The position numbers were made by a program, and so were the translations under genes. This document shows, in pieces, positions 48,282-57,692 of a stretch of DNA of 64,000 bases (positions are counted from its first letter, which is position 1; every line of letters begins with the position of its first letter). The notes beneath the pieces are model-generated. The model did not search any database and had not been told where the DNA came from. It saw nothing but the letters and a program-made list of their open reading frames with translations. The stretch is from Prevotella sp. CAG:279 (GTDB lineage Bacteria > Bacillota > Clostridia > Lachnospirales > Lachnospiraceae), in contig CAVHPN010000006.1 in the NCBI GenBank assembly GCA_963637995.1, positions 18,068 through 82,067 of the forward strand. The letters run 5' to 3'.

Positions 48282-48692
48282 ATGGCAGACAATCAATTTG
48301 CATCTGCAATAGGTGCATTATTTCAGGGAATGGATGAGTTTGTCACGACCAAGACCGTCATAGGAGAACCTGTAACCGTCGGCGATGCAATCATACTGCC
48401 TCTGGTTGACGTGACCTGCGGCATGGCAGCAGGAGCCTTCGGACAGGCTGCAAAAGAGAAAAATACGGGCGGAATGAGTGCCAAAATGACTCCAAGCGCC
48501 ATTCTTATCATTCAAAATGGCATGACCAAAGTTGTGAATATAAAGCATCAGGACGCACTTACAAAGGCTCTCGACATGGCACCGGATCTCGTCAATAAAT
48601 TTATCGGAGGCAGAAGCGGTCCTATCGATGAAGAGACTATTCAAAAGGCGCAAGAAATGTCAGATGAGATGCAGCAAAATGAAAATGTCTAA
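48282..48692 (+). CDS. ytfJ: GerW/YtfJ family protein
   Basis: TKTVIGEPV..GDAIILPLV and GG.SAKMTPSAILII motifs. Confidence 0.8.
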   Translation: MADNQFASAIGALFQGMDEFVTTKTVIGEPVTVGDAIILPLVDVTCGMAAGAFGQAAKEKNTGGMSAKMTPSAILIIQNGMTKVVNIKHQDALTKALDMAPDLVNKFIGGRSGPIDEETIQKAQEMSDEMQQNENV

Positions 48693-48703
48693 AAGAACGA
48701 AAG

Positions 48704-48748
48704 AACGAGATAAAACACACATTATATGTTTTATCTCGTTTTTGTTTT
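48704..48748. terminator. Terminator between convergent genes
   Basis: AACGAGATAAAACA...TGTTTTATCTCGTT followed by a T-tract. Confidence 0.8.
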
Positions 48749-48798
48749 AGAGTCAATTGCTCCGCGCGGATTGCAGTGGTAGCAGGATCCTTTTTGAT

Positions 48799-49863
48799 TC
48801 AAGTTATCGGTAAAGTTACGGTAAAACAGCTTCCCTCATTTATTTGGCTTGATACATCTATACAGCCATGCATAAGCTCAACTATTCTCTTTGTTATAGA
48901 AAGTCCCAGTCCGTTACCTTTTTCATTAGGATCGGAATTTTTGCTGTAAAATTTTTCAAAAATACGTTTCAGGGTTTCCTCATCCATACCAATGCCGGTA
49001 TCTTTGACGGAAACAAGTATTTCATTTTCTTTAACATTTAGGTTTACTGACAGCATTCCACCGGCCGGGGTGAACTTTATGGCATTTTGCAGGAGATTAA
49101 TCCATACCTGATTAAGCATCTCGCAGTTTCCGTAAAATTTGCAGTCGGTCAGGTTAATGTCGAGATTTAATCTTTTTTTCTCCCATAAAGGTTCCAAAAG
49201 AAGAATGGCCTGTCGAATCTGCTCGTCAAGACTGAAAGTGGTTCGTCCTGTGACGATTTCCTGTTTTTCAAGGCGCGACAGCAGTAAAATATTACCTGTC
49301 ATCGTGGTCAGCTGTCTGGTACTGTCTATAATAATTCTCGTATATTCATTTCGCTCTTCCTCAGAAAGAGACGGGTCCTGCAAAAGAGTTGCATATCCTT
49401 CGATGGCTGCCAGAGGAGTCTTAAATTCATGAGAAACTGTGGTAACAAAATCATTTCTCAGGGATTCAATACTGTTAAGCTCCTGCACCATACGATTGAA
49501 ATTGTCTGTCAATTCACGGATGGCCTGCAATGATTTGAGCCTTGGAACCTGAACCGAAAAATCTCCATCCGAAATTTTCTGTGCAGCGAGACTGATATAC
49601 CCTATAGGGCAGAGAATCTTGGACCAAAGCAGCAGTGAAAGAGCTATACTGAATGCGAGACTACTTAAAAAGGTCATAACTCCCGGAAATCCGGGGCCTA
49701 AAAAGCGAAAAACATCATGTTTATCTACGTCGCTTACGAGCAGTGAAATACAGTATCCTGTAAACATTGGCATAAGCGAGGATACAAGGAAAAAGAATAC
49801 TAACAATGTCAGCCAGTAAAGCGGAATTTGAAAATACTTTGCTATTTTTTTGCTGATTCTCAT
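48799..49863 (-). CDS. Intramembrane-sensing histidine kinase, HssS-like
   Basis: Two TM regions with a short loop, HAMP, VSHEFKTPL, FSLDEQIR, NAIKF and GNGLGL motifs. Confidence 0.87.
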   Translation of the reverse strand: MRISKKIAKYFQIPLYWLTLLVFFFLVSSLMPMFTGYCISLLVSDVDKHDVFRFLGPGFPGVMTFLSSLAFSIALSLLLWSKILCPIGYISLAAQKISDGDFSVQVPRLKSLQAIRELTDNFNRMVQELNSIESLRNDFVTTVSHEFKTPLAAIEGYATLLQDPSLSEEERNEYTRIIIDSTRQLTTMTGNILLLSRLEKQEIVTGRTTFSLDEQIRQAILLLEPLWEKKRLNLDINLTDCKFYGNCEMLNQVWINLLQNAIKFTPAGGMLSVNLNVKENEILVSVKDTGIGMDEETLKRIFEKFYSKNSDPNEKGNGLGLSITKRIVELMHGCIDVSSQINEGSCFTVTLPIT

Positions 49864-50534
49864 TCAGTCTTCACCGCCTTATATCCAAGTCCGCGCACGG
49901 TCATGATGATGAAATCATCACAATTCTTAAATCTTTCGCGCAAGCGATTGATATGCACATCTACAGTTCGTTCATCAGTTGTCGAATCCAGTCCCCAGAT
50001 TTCATCCATAAGCTGCTGCCTTGTAAAAATTTTATTCGGATAGGACAGAAGCTTATATAAAAGATAAAATTCCTTCTGAGGAAGAAGAGTTTCCTGATCG
50101 TTTATGGTAACAGTGAGAGCGTCGTAATTCAAAACAGTATTTTTACATATAATTCGATGCTCCGTTGCTATCTTCGCTCTTTTTAATAAAGCCCCGACAC
50201 GCAAGACCATTTCATTTACATCGATGGGTTTGACCATGTAGTCATCAGTGCCGGCCAAAAAACCGCGTTGTTTGTCTTCAAATCGTTCTTTTGCGGTAAT
50301 AATCAGTATCGGCATCGTAAAACCGCTGGTCCTCAGATGCTCAATTAATTCGTATCCATCCATTCCCGGCATCATAATATCGGAAATAACTAAATCTACA
50401 TATTCAGAATCTAAAAGAGATAATGCCTTTTCGCCATTTTCTGCAGGAAGCGCCAGGTAACCGTTGTTTGTAAGCACCGTACAGAAAAGCGAGCGGAGTT
50501 TCGCATCATCTTCAACTACGAGAATGTGAAACAT
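49860..50534 (-). CDS. OmpR-family response regulator, HssR-like
   Basis: ATG 50534 after GAGGAGG; DIMMPGMDG, GTDDYMVKP, LPQKEF and DERTVDVHI motifs. Confidence 0.9.
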   Translation of the reverse strand: MFHILVVEDDAKLRSLFCTVLTNNGYLALPAENGEKALSLLDSEYVDLVISDIMMPGMDGYELIEHLRTSGFTMPILIITAKERFEDKQRGFLAGTDDYMVKPIDVNEMVLRVGALLKRAKIATEHRIICKNTVLNYDALTVTINDQETLLPQKEFYLLYKLLSYPNKIFTRQQLMDEIWGLDSTTDERTVDVHINRLRERFKNCDDFIIMTVRGLGYKAVKTE

Positions 50535-50591
50535 ATTGTAAAACCTCCTCTGCAATTCGAGTTGAAATTATTGTGATTTCTTTTTAGTCCG

Positions 50592-50624
50592 ATAATACCA
50601 TAAAAGTTTAAACTGATTGTGAAC
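50592..50624 (-). promoter_or_regulatory. TCS promoter with a direct-repeat box
   Basis: Minus strand GTTCACAAT-CA-GTTTAAACT followed by TGgTATTAT. Confidence 0.65.
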
Positions 50625-50650
50625 GCTACAACACATTTTTTTCACTCTTC

Positions 50651-50705
50651 GTTTACACTCAGTTTATATTTAGTTGAAACTCGTTTAAAAAAGGGATGAT
50701 ATACT
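50651..50705 (+). promoter_or_regulatory. Efflux-operon promoter with phased direct repeats
   Basis: GTTTACACT-CA-GTTTATATT-TA-GTTGAAACT-C-GTTTAAA followed by TGaTATACT. Confidence 0.7.
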
Positions 50706-50743
50706 TAGGCAAACTTGGAAAAAAGCAGAAAGGAATGTGCGAA

Positions 50744-52009
50744 ATGAGTAATTTATCTTCTCTGATGGAATCTGCAAAGCAGAATAAAAAGAAAACAGCT
50801 ATCATCGCTGTTATTGTACTTGTTGTTCTGGCAGCGCTTTTTATGCGTTTTAAGAACAGCGGCAAAGGAGGAGCAGGCGGTGGCCCGGGTGGCCCGGGTG
50901 GTATGCAGGATACACAGATGAATAATGTTGCAACCGTTGCAGCTGAAAATCCTAAGACCGGAACAATCGAGCGAACAACAAGTACTTCGGGAACTGTTGA
51001 GGCCTCAGATGTTGTATATGTATATGCAAAGGCTTCAGGTGATGTAACCGGTGTCAGTGTGAGCGTAGGTGATACCGTGACAGCCGGACAGCTTCTTTGT
51101 ACCATAAATACCGAACAGGTAGAGACAGCCAAAAATGCAATGGATTCGGCATCTGTAAATCTGACAGAAGCGCAGAGCAACTTAAGCCGTATGCAGCTTC
51201 TTTATCAGGGAGGAGATATTTCAGACCAGGAATGGGAACAATACCAGAATCAGGCAAAATCTGCACAGTTAAGCTATGAATCTGCCAAATTAAATTATGA
51301 TCGTCAGGTTGAATACAGTTCCGTAACCGCACCAATTTCAGGAAAGGTTGAGTCGATGGACATCGATGTATATGACCATGTAAACCAGCAGGCTCAGCTT
51401 TGTGTTATCTCCGGCGAAGGAGATAAGAGAGTATCATTTTATGTGTCTGAGCGCGTCATGAATAATCTTAATCAGGGCGATACAATGACAATCTCAAAAG
51501 ACGGAACATCCTATAATGGTGTAATTACCGATGTCAGCAGCATGGCAGACGAGAGCAATGGTCTTTTTAAGATCAAGGCAGAACTTCCGGAGGCAAATGC
51601 ATTATCTACCGGTACAACCGTTAAGGTTACTGTAACCTCTGAACGTGCGGAAAATGTTATGACAGTACCGGTGGATGCCATTTACTATGATAATGGTATA
51701 GGTAATGTCTATGTTTACCAGGACGGGACAGTTCATAAAACAGAAGTTGAGGTTGGTCTTTATAACACTGAGCTTGCAGAAATCAAATCAGGACTTACTG
51801 CGGATGATCTTGTAATCAGCACATGGAGTTCTCAGCTTTACGAAGGTTCAACTGTTAATTTAAAAGGCGATGATACAGACGCTGCTTCATCACAGGATGA
51901 CAAAGCAGCAAATGAATCTGATAATCAGAAATCAGGCGCACCTGCAGATGCCGAAGGCGGACAGAATACAGGTAAACCGGCAGATGCGAAAAACGGACAG
52001 AAACAGTAG
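50744..52009 (+). CDS. RND membrane fusion protein (adaptor subunit)
   Basis: N-terminal TM, lipoyl-like VSVGDTVTAGQLL, helical hairpin, VTAPISG, VPVDAI and IKSGL motifs. Confidence 0.9.
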   Translation: MSNLSSLMESAKQNKKKTAIIAVIVLVVLAALFMRFKNSGKGGAGGGPGGPGGMQDTQMNNVATVAAENPKTGTIERTTSTSGTVEASDVVYVYAKASGDVTGVSVSVGDTVTAGQLLCTINTEQVETAKNAMDSASVNLTEAQSNLSRMQLLYQGGDISDQEWEQYQNQAKSAQLSYESAKLNYDRQVEYSSVTAPISGKVESMDIDVYDHVNQQAQLCVISGEGDKRVSFYVSERVMNNLNQGDTMTISKDGTSYNGVITDVSSMADESNGLFKIKAELPEANALSTGTTVKVTVTSERAENVMTVPVDAIYYDNGIGNVYVYQDGTVHKTEVEVGLYNTELAEIKSGLTADDLVISTWSSQLYEGSTVNLKGDDTDAASSQDDKAANESDNQKSGAPADAEGGQNTGKPADAKNGQKQ

Positions 52010-52028
52010 GATGGGAGGAATGTAAGAC

Positions 52029-55000
52029 ATGGGAGTAACGAGATATATTCTGAAGCATCCGGTCACTACTGTCATGGCTTTGTTGTGCCTGGTTGTGTTC
52101 GGTATTTCATCGGTTTTTTCTGCAACGCTTGAGCAGATGCCAAACATGGAAACTCCGATGCTCATCATCATGGCAAACTATTCGGGTGCCGGTCCTGAGG
52201 ATATCAGTGAACTTGTAACTGAGCCGATCGAAGATGCAATCAGCACATTGGAGGGTGTTGATACGATTTCATCCACTTCAAGTGACGGGCGTTCCATGGT
52301 TATGCTTCAGTATGATTACGGTACTGATATGGATGAAGCATATGACAATCTGAAACAGAAACTTGATAATATTCAGAGAAACCTTCCGGACGATGTAGAG
52401 CCGAGTGTCATGTCGATGAACTCCAATCAGGGAGACAGCATGATGCTTTCCATCTCACATAAGACAGAGTCAAACCTTTACGATTATGTAGATCAGAAGG
52501 TTGTTCCGGAATTAGAGCGTATTTCTTCAATTGCAAATATTGAAACAAGGGGCGGTTCTTCAAAATATGTCAGTATAGAACTGCAGTCTGAAAAAATGTC
52601 CCAGTACAATCTGAGCATGCAGGATGTTGCCACTGCAATCAGTGACGCCAATGTTTCATCACCTTCAGGTACTGCAGATGCCGGAAACCTGGAACTTTCC
52701 GTTACCACGTCACTTAAGACAGATCAGGTAAGTGAGCTTCGCGATATTCCGATTAAGACATCTTCAGGACAGATTATTTCACTGTCTGATGTGGCAAATG
52801 TATATGAAACCACAAAAGACCGCGGAGGTATTTCGCGTTATAACGGTCAGGAGACTATCTCCGTATCTATCCAAAAGCAGCAGGATAGTACTGATATTGA
52901 AGTTTCCTCAGCAGTAAAGAAAAAGATCTCTTCACTTATGGAGGATGATCCGGATCTTACAATTACGGTTGCAAATGATACCGCTGATACAATTATTGAT
53001 TCATTAAAGGATGTAGCTGAAACCATGGTTTTGGCAGTCCTGATATCAATGTTTATCATTTTCCTGTTCTTTGGCGATTATAAGGCATCTTTAATTGTCG
53101 GAAGTTCAATCCCGACCTCGATTTTACTTTCGCTGATCGCAATAACTGCAGCGGGATTTTCACTGAATGTCATTACCATGAGTGCGTTGGTTCTCGGTGT
53201 CGGCATGATGGTTGATAACTCTATAGTTGTACTTGAAAGCTGTTTCAGAGCTACGGCGGATCAGGAAGACAAGGGAGCACTTGGCTATTTTTCGGCTGCA
53301 CTTCACGGAACCGGCATAGTAGTCAATTCTATTATCGGTTCAACTATCACGACCTGTGTTGTTTTCCTGCCTTTGGCATTCTTAAACGGTATGACAGGCC
53401 AAATGTTTAAACCGCTTGGATTTACTATTGTTTTCTGTATGTCAGCATCACTTTTGTCAGCTATGACCATAGTTCCGCTTTGCTATCTGTTTTACAAGCC
53501 GACAGAAGCCAAACGTGCACTTATGGGTCGTCCCATCGAGCGTATGCAAAAATGGTACAGGGGTGTTGTCGACAGGTTATTAGACCACAAGGCCATGGTC
53601 ATGGGATTTTCGGTTCTCGTGCTTGTTCTTACTGTTATCCTGGCAAGCGGCATGCAGACAGAGCTTATGACATCAGATGATACCGGTACTGTCAGTGTAA
53701 GTATCGAAACACGTCCGGGCTTAAAGCAGGAGAAAGTTGAAGAGGCACTGTCTGAGGCAGAAGCTATCGTGGCAGCCAGTGATCAGGTTGAATCATATAT
53801 GCTCAGATACAATGATGACAGCGGTTCAATCAGTGCTTATCTGAAAGATAATCGTACAAAATCGACTGATGATGTGGCTGATGAGTGGCAGAAAGAGATG
53901 GATGGCATTGAAAACTGTACAATTGATGTTTCTGCTTCCTCTTCCATGAGTTTCATGGGACGCCAGAGCGGTTATGAGGTTATCCTTGACGGTTCACAAT
54001 ATGATGAATTAAAAGAAGTAAGTGATAAAATTGTCAAGGAACTGACTGCAAGAAATGACGTCATCAATATACATTCAAGTATTGAAAACAATGCGCCTAT
54101 CATAACATTGAAGGTTGACCCGGTTATGGCAAAGGCATATGGACTGACTGCTGCCAGCATCGGTAACACCATTAATCATATGTTAAGCGGTATTGATGCA
54201 ACGACTCTTAAAATTGACGGAGAAGACATCACGGTAACGGTTGAATATCCGGAAGGTGAATATGAAACAGTTGACAATATTAAAGATGTAATTCTCACGG
54301 GAACAAATGGACAGAAAGTAGCTTTGACAGATGTGGCAACTGTCGTATTTGAGGACAGCCCAGCATCTATTTCACGAACAGATGGTTCATATGAAATTAC
54401 AATCACTGCCGATTATACCGGGGACAGTGTTCAGCAGCAGATCAACAGCGAGGTAATTTCTCCAAACCTGACAGGCACAATCAGTATCGGTACAAACAGC
54501 CGTGATCGTATGATGAAGAGTGAGTTCAGTTCTCTTTACCGCGCAATTGCAATCGCTGTTTTCCTGGTATTTGTCGTAATGGCTGCACAGTTTGAATCTG
54601 TGAAGTTTTCAATCATGGTTATGACAACTATTCCATTCAGCCTTGTCGGTTCCTTCGGTTTTCTGAAATTGACCGGTGTAAGTATAAGTATGACCTCACT
54701 GCTTGGTTTCCTTATTTTGGTCGGTACGGTTGTAAATAATGGTATTTTGTATGTAGATACAGTAAACCAGTACCGCGCAACAATGGATCTTAGGACGGCT
54801 CTTATTGAAGCCGGTGCAACACGTATAAGACCGATTCTTATGACAAGTATGACAACAATCCTTTCCATGATTCCTATGGCAATGGCAATCGGAAGCAGTG
54901 GTTCCACCACACAGGGTCTTGCAATCGTAGATATCGGTGGTCTGACGGCAGGTGTTATCGTTGCACTGTTCATGGTTCCGGTATATTATGCACTTTTAAG

Positions 55001-55037
55001 CCGCAAACCGAAGGATGAAATACCTGATATTGATTAA
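52029..55037 (+). CDS. RND efflux permease (AcrB/SwrC-like)
   Basis: YSGAGPEDI..LVTEPIE, GMMVDNSIVVLE, VNNGIL and RIRPILMT motifs; 1002 aa. Confidence 0.93.
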   Translation: MGVTRYILKHPVTTVMALLCLVVFGISSVFSATLEQMPNMETPMLIIMANYSGAGPEDISELVTEPIEDAISTLEGVDTISSTSSDGRSMVMLQYDYGTDMDEAYDNLKQKLDNIQRNLPDDVEPSVMSMNSNQGDSMMLSISHKTESNLYDYVDQKVVPELERISSIANIETRGGSSKYVSIELQSEKMSQYNLSMQDVATAISDANVSSPSGTADAGNLELSVTTSLKTDQVSELRDIPIKTSSGQIISLSDVANVYETTKDRGGISRYNGQETISVSIQKQQDSTDIEVSSAVKKKISSLMEDDPDLTITVANDTADTIIDSLKDVAETMVLAVLISMFIIFLFFGDYKASLIVGSSIPTSILLSLIAITAAGFSLNVITMSALVLGVGMMVDNSIVVLESCFRATADQEDKGALGYFSAALHGTGIVVNSIIGSTITTCVVFLPLAFLNGMTGQMFKPLGFTIVFCMSASLLSAMTIVPLCYLFYKPTEAKRALMGRPIERMQKWYRGVVDRLLDHKAMVMGFSVLVLVLTVILASGMQTELMTSDDTGTVSVSIETRPGLKQEKVEEALSEAEAIVAASDQVESYMLRYNDDSGSISAYLKDNRTKSTDDVADEWQKEMDGIENCTIDVSASSSMSFMGRQSGYEVILDGSQYDELKEVSDKIVKELTARNDVINIHSSIENNAPIITLKVDPVMAKAYGLTAASIGNTINHMLSGIDATTLKIDGEDITVTVEYPEGEYETVDNIKDVILTGTNGQKVALTDVATVVFEDSPASISRTDGSYEITITADYTGDSVQQQINSEVISPNLTGTISIGTNSRDRMMKSEFSSLYRAIAIAVFLVFVVMAAQFESVKFSIMVMTTIPFSLVGSFGFLKLTGVSISMTSLLGFLILVGTVVNNGILYVDTVNQYRATMDLRTALIEAGATRIRPILMTSMTTILSMIPMAMAIGSSGSTTQGLAIVDIGGLTAGVIVALFMVPVYYALLSRKPKDEIPDID

Positions 55038-55056
55038 TCGGAACGGAGTGATATAA

Positions 55057-56247
55057 ATGAATCGAAACAAAAGATTATACATGCATTCTCATATGGTATC
55101 CGGTTTGGCAGTCTGCGCGCTAGGAGTTTTCCTGGCAGCAGGTTCACCGCTAAATGTTCTGGCAGCAAGTCCGCAATTTGCATATTCTGCGGAAAAGTGG
55201 GCCACACTTCAGGATGATAAGCTTGAATTTGATGAGATTGCCGATCTTATCCATGAATATAACAGCACAGTTGAGAAAAACAGGATTGAATATAAGGATT
55301 ATCAGGGCAAGAACAGCAATGAGATCGCCCAGGAATATTATGATGCTGCGGATGAAATAGAAAGCAGCATCGAATATCCGGATTCTGATGATGCAAATTA
55401 CGGTTCCTCACTGGCAGCGGCACAGAGAAGCGAAGCTTCCGCAACACAGATGCGTGAGCAGGGCGATAATAACGTTGACGATGCCAATGTCAAGGCATGG
55501 GGATATACACAGACTGAAAAATCGCTGGTACAACAGGCTCAGAACCTGATGATTCAGTATTGGAATGCACAGGAGAATTTAAGGAGTGTTCAGAATCAGG
55601 TCTCAAAGGCTGAAAAAGATTATGAGACAGTTAATTTAAAGTATACATCAGGAAGTGCAACCCAGACAGATGTTCTGGATACAAAAGAGGCTCTTTTAAA
55701 GGCTCAGGCATCTGTTACCACAGCTGAAAGCAACATTTCTTCAACAAAGGAGTCGCTTTGTCAGATGCTGGGATGGAAATACGGTGCAGATGTAGAAATC
55801 TGTACCTTACCTGAACCTCAGGAACAGATGAGTTCAACTATCAATCTTGAAGAAGACATTGCAAAAGCACAGGATAATAATTATCAGTTAAAGATTCTTG
55901 CAAGACAGGTAAAAAATGCAATGACAAGCACTCTCAAGGAGCAATATCAGACTACTCTTACCAGCGGAAAGGAAGCGGTTAAGTCCAATGTCCAGTCGGC
56001 ATATCAGAATCTGAAGCTTTCAGAAGCTCAGTATGAACAGGCTAAGAGAAGCTTTGAACTGGAAGAAAAGACCAAGGAGACAAATGATCGCAAACTGGCA
56101 GCAGGACTTATCAGCCAGAATGCTTATCAGAGTGCTACTTACTCCTACGAATCAGCATCCGTAGCTAAGGAAACAGCAGCAATGTCGCTGCTGCAGGCTC
56201 AGATTTCATATCAATGGGCGGTTGATGGTCTTGCATCCACACAATAG
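55057..56247 (+). CDS. Secreted TolC/OEP-like alpha-helical protein 1
   Basis: Signal peptide ending NVLA; OEP-like repeats KYTSGSATQTDVL and KLAAGLISQNAY. Confidence 0.75.
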   Translation: MNRNKRLYMHSHMVSGLAVCALGVFLAAGSPLNVLAASPQFAYSAEKWATLQDDKLEFDEIADLIHEYNSTVEKNRIEYKDYQGKNSNEIAQEYYDAADEIESSIEYPDSDDANYGSSLAAAQRSEASATQMREQGDNNVDDANVKAWGYTQTEKSLVQQAQNLMIQYWNAQENLRSVQNQVSKAEKDYETVNLKYTSGSATQTDVLDTKEALLKAQASVTTAESNISSTKESLCQMLGWKYGADVEICTLPEPQEQMSSTINLEEDIAKAQDNNYQLKILARQVKNAMTSTLKEQYQTTLTSGKEAVKSNVQSAYQNLKLSEAQYEQAKRSFELEEKTKETNDRKLAAGLISQNAYQSATYSYESASVAKETAAMSLLQAQISYQWAVDGLASTQ

Positions 56248-56260
56248 AAAGAGGTGCACA

Positions 56261-57508
56261 ATGATTAGAAAAAGCAGCTTTGGTGTGTCGCTCTGTCTGG
56301 CTATTACGGCCTGCTTGTTCATATCGACTCCGGCAGAGGCCGGAAAGTCTCCCCTGATATCAGGGACTGAAAGTGATACAGATACCACGGCAGAGGGACC
56401 GGCACTTGAAAACGGCACATCCACATCTAAAAACAGTGCTGATAATACAATTTCCAGCCAGTCAGGCTCATATACAGAAGAGCAGCTATCCGATTCGGTG
56501 ATTGAATATGGAGAACTTGAGACGTTGGTACGACGCGGCAACGCAGTCGCCATCAGCTCTGATTACAGCTACCAGGACAGTCTTTCGGTATATCAGAATG
56601 CTTATGATGTTATGATTTCAGGTGCCCGTGATATGAATAATAAAGCAGACGAACTTGAAGATGCTGACGGTGACGCGTCTCTGATTGGCACATATGAGCG
56701 AAATGCAAAAACTCTGTCACAGGCTGCAAAGCAGTATAAAAAGTCGCTCACATCATTAAATTCAGCAACCAGCAGAGCATCCAGAAATCGTATTATCTGG
56801 CAGATTGTAAAGACTGCGCAGACTCAGTGGGGAACATGCAGACAGCTTCAGGATGAAGTCAATGCGGCAACGCTTACGGCAGAGAGCTATCAGGCCCAGG
56901 CAGATCGCAAAGAGCGGGAGCTTGCAGCGGGTCTCTGTACGGAAACTGATCTTTTACAGGCACAGAAAAACCTTCTGAATGCGCAGACGGCATTGCAGTC
57001 CACGACAGATCAGGCAAATAAGGCGTTGCGTCAGCTTGCAATTTTGCTTGGAATGAATCAGTCGGGCATAACTCTGGGGGAAATTCCTGCAGTATCATCG
57101 GATGAATTATCATCAATGAATCTGGATGCGGACAGGGCGGCTGCGGTGATAGCAAGTTCCGCCGTCAAATCAACAAAAAGATCTTCTGCGACAGGTGATG
57201 CAGCACGCAAATTGCGTCATCAGCAGATAGAAGAAGCTGAAAGTGCTGCAAGTGCCTCTGCCGATGAGCAATATGCCGAGATTGCCGCTCTGAGTCTTGA
57301 AAGAGACGCTGCGAAGGCTGCATATCAGTCAGCAGAAAAAGAATACAGCGCATTGCAGATAAAATATAACTCGGGAGCAATAAATAAAGCAACATATCTT
57401 CAGGGCGAAGCATCGTATTTGCAGAAAAAAGCAGAGCTTGAAACAGCAGAAATATCTCTTAGAACTGCTTATGATGCTTATGAATGGATGCTCAAGGGTG
57501 TTTCATAA
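56261..57508 (+). CDS. Secreted TolC/OEP-like alpha-helical protein 2
   Basis: ATG 56261 after GAGGTG; signal peptide ending AEA; ELAAGLCTETDLLQA and KYNSGAINKATY repeats. Confidence 0.75.
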   Translation: MIRKSSFGVSLCLAITACLFISTPAEAGKSPLISGTESDTDTTAEGPALENGTSTSKNSADNTISSQSGSYTEEQLSDSVIEYGELETLVRRGNAVAISSDYSYQDSLSVYQNAYDVMISGARDMNNKADELEDADGDASLIGTYERNAKTLSQAAKQYKKSLTSLNSATSRASRNRIIWQIVKTAQTQWGTCRQLQDEVNAATLTAESYQAQADRKERELAAGLCTETDLLQAQKNLLNAQTALQSTTDQANKALRQLAILLGMNQSGITLGEIPAVSSDELSSMNLDADRAAAVIASSAVKSTKRSSATGDAARKLRHQQIEEAESAASASADEQYAEIAALSLERDAAKAAYQSAEKEYSALQIKYNSGAINKATYLQGEASYLQKKAELETAEISLRTAYDAYEWMLKGVS

Positions 57509-57527
57509 ACCAAATTACTATGTAAAC

Positions 57528-57565
57528 ATGAAAAAAGGATGTGCCTAGGTACATCCTTTTTTCAT
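57528..57565. terminator. Strong intrinsic terminator
   Basis: ATGAAAAAAGGATGT...ACATCCTTTTTTCAT. Confidence 0.85.
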
Positions 57566-57593
57566 AGCCTGGAAACATTCTTTTTTTGCATTA

Positions 57594-57622
57594 TTGCGAA
57601 TCAGGTAAACTGATGATACAAT
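57594..57622 (+). promoter_or_regulatory. Sigma-A promoter of the late cobamide operon
   Basis: TTGCGA-N17-TACAAT with TG extension. Confidence 0.65.
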
Positions 57623-57692
57623 TTAAAAGTTACAATTATATGGCGCAATAAGAAGTGTAATAAAACATATATAGAAAAATTAAAGACTAACT

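Noticed and set aside
48799..57565. TCS-RND block as an active mobile element
   Set aside because: No integrase, transposase, att-like direct repeats or tRNA target seen; it can only be called an accessory block
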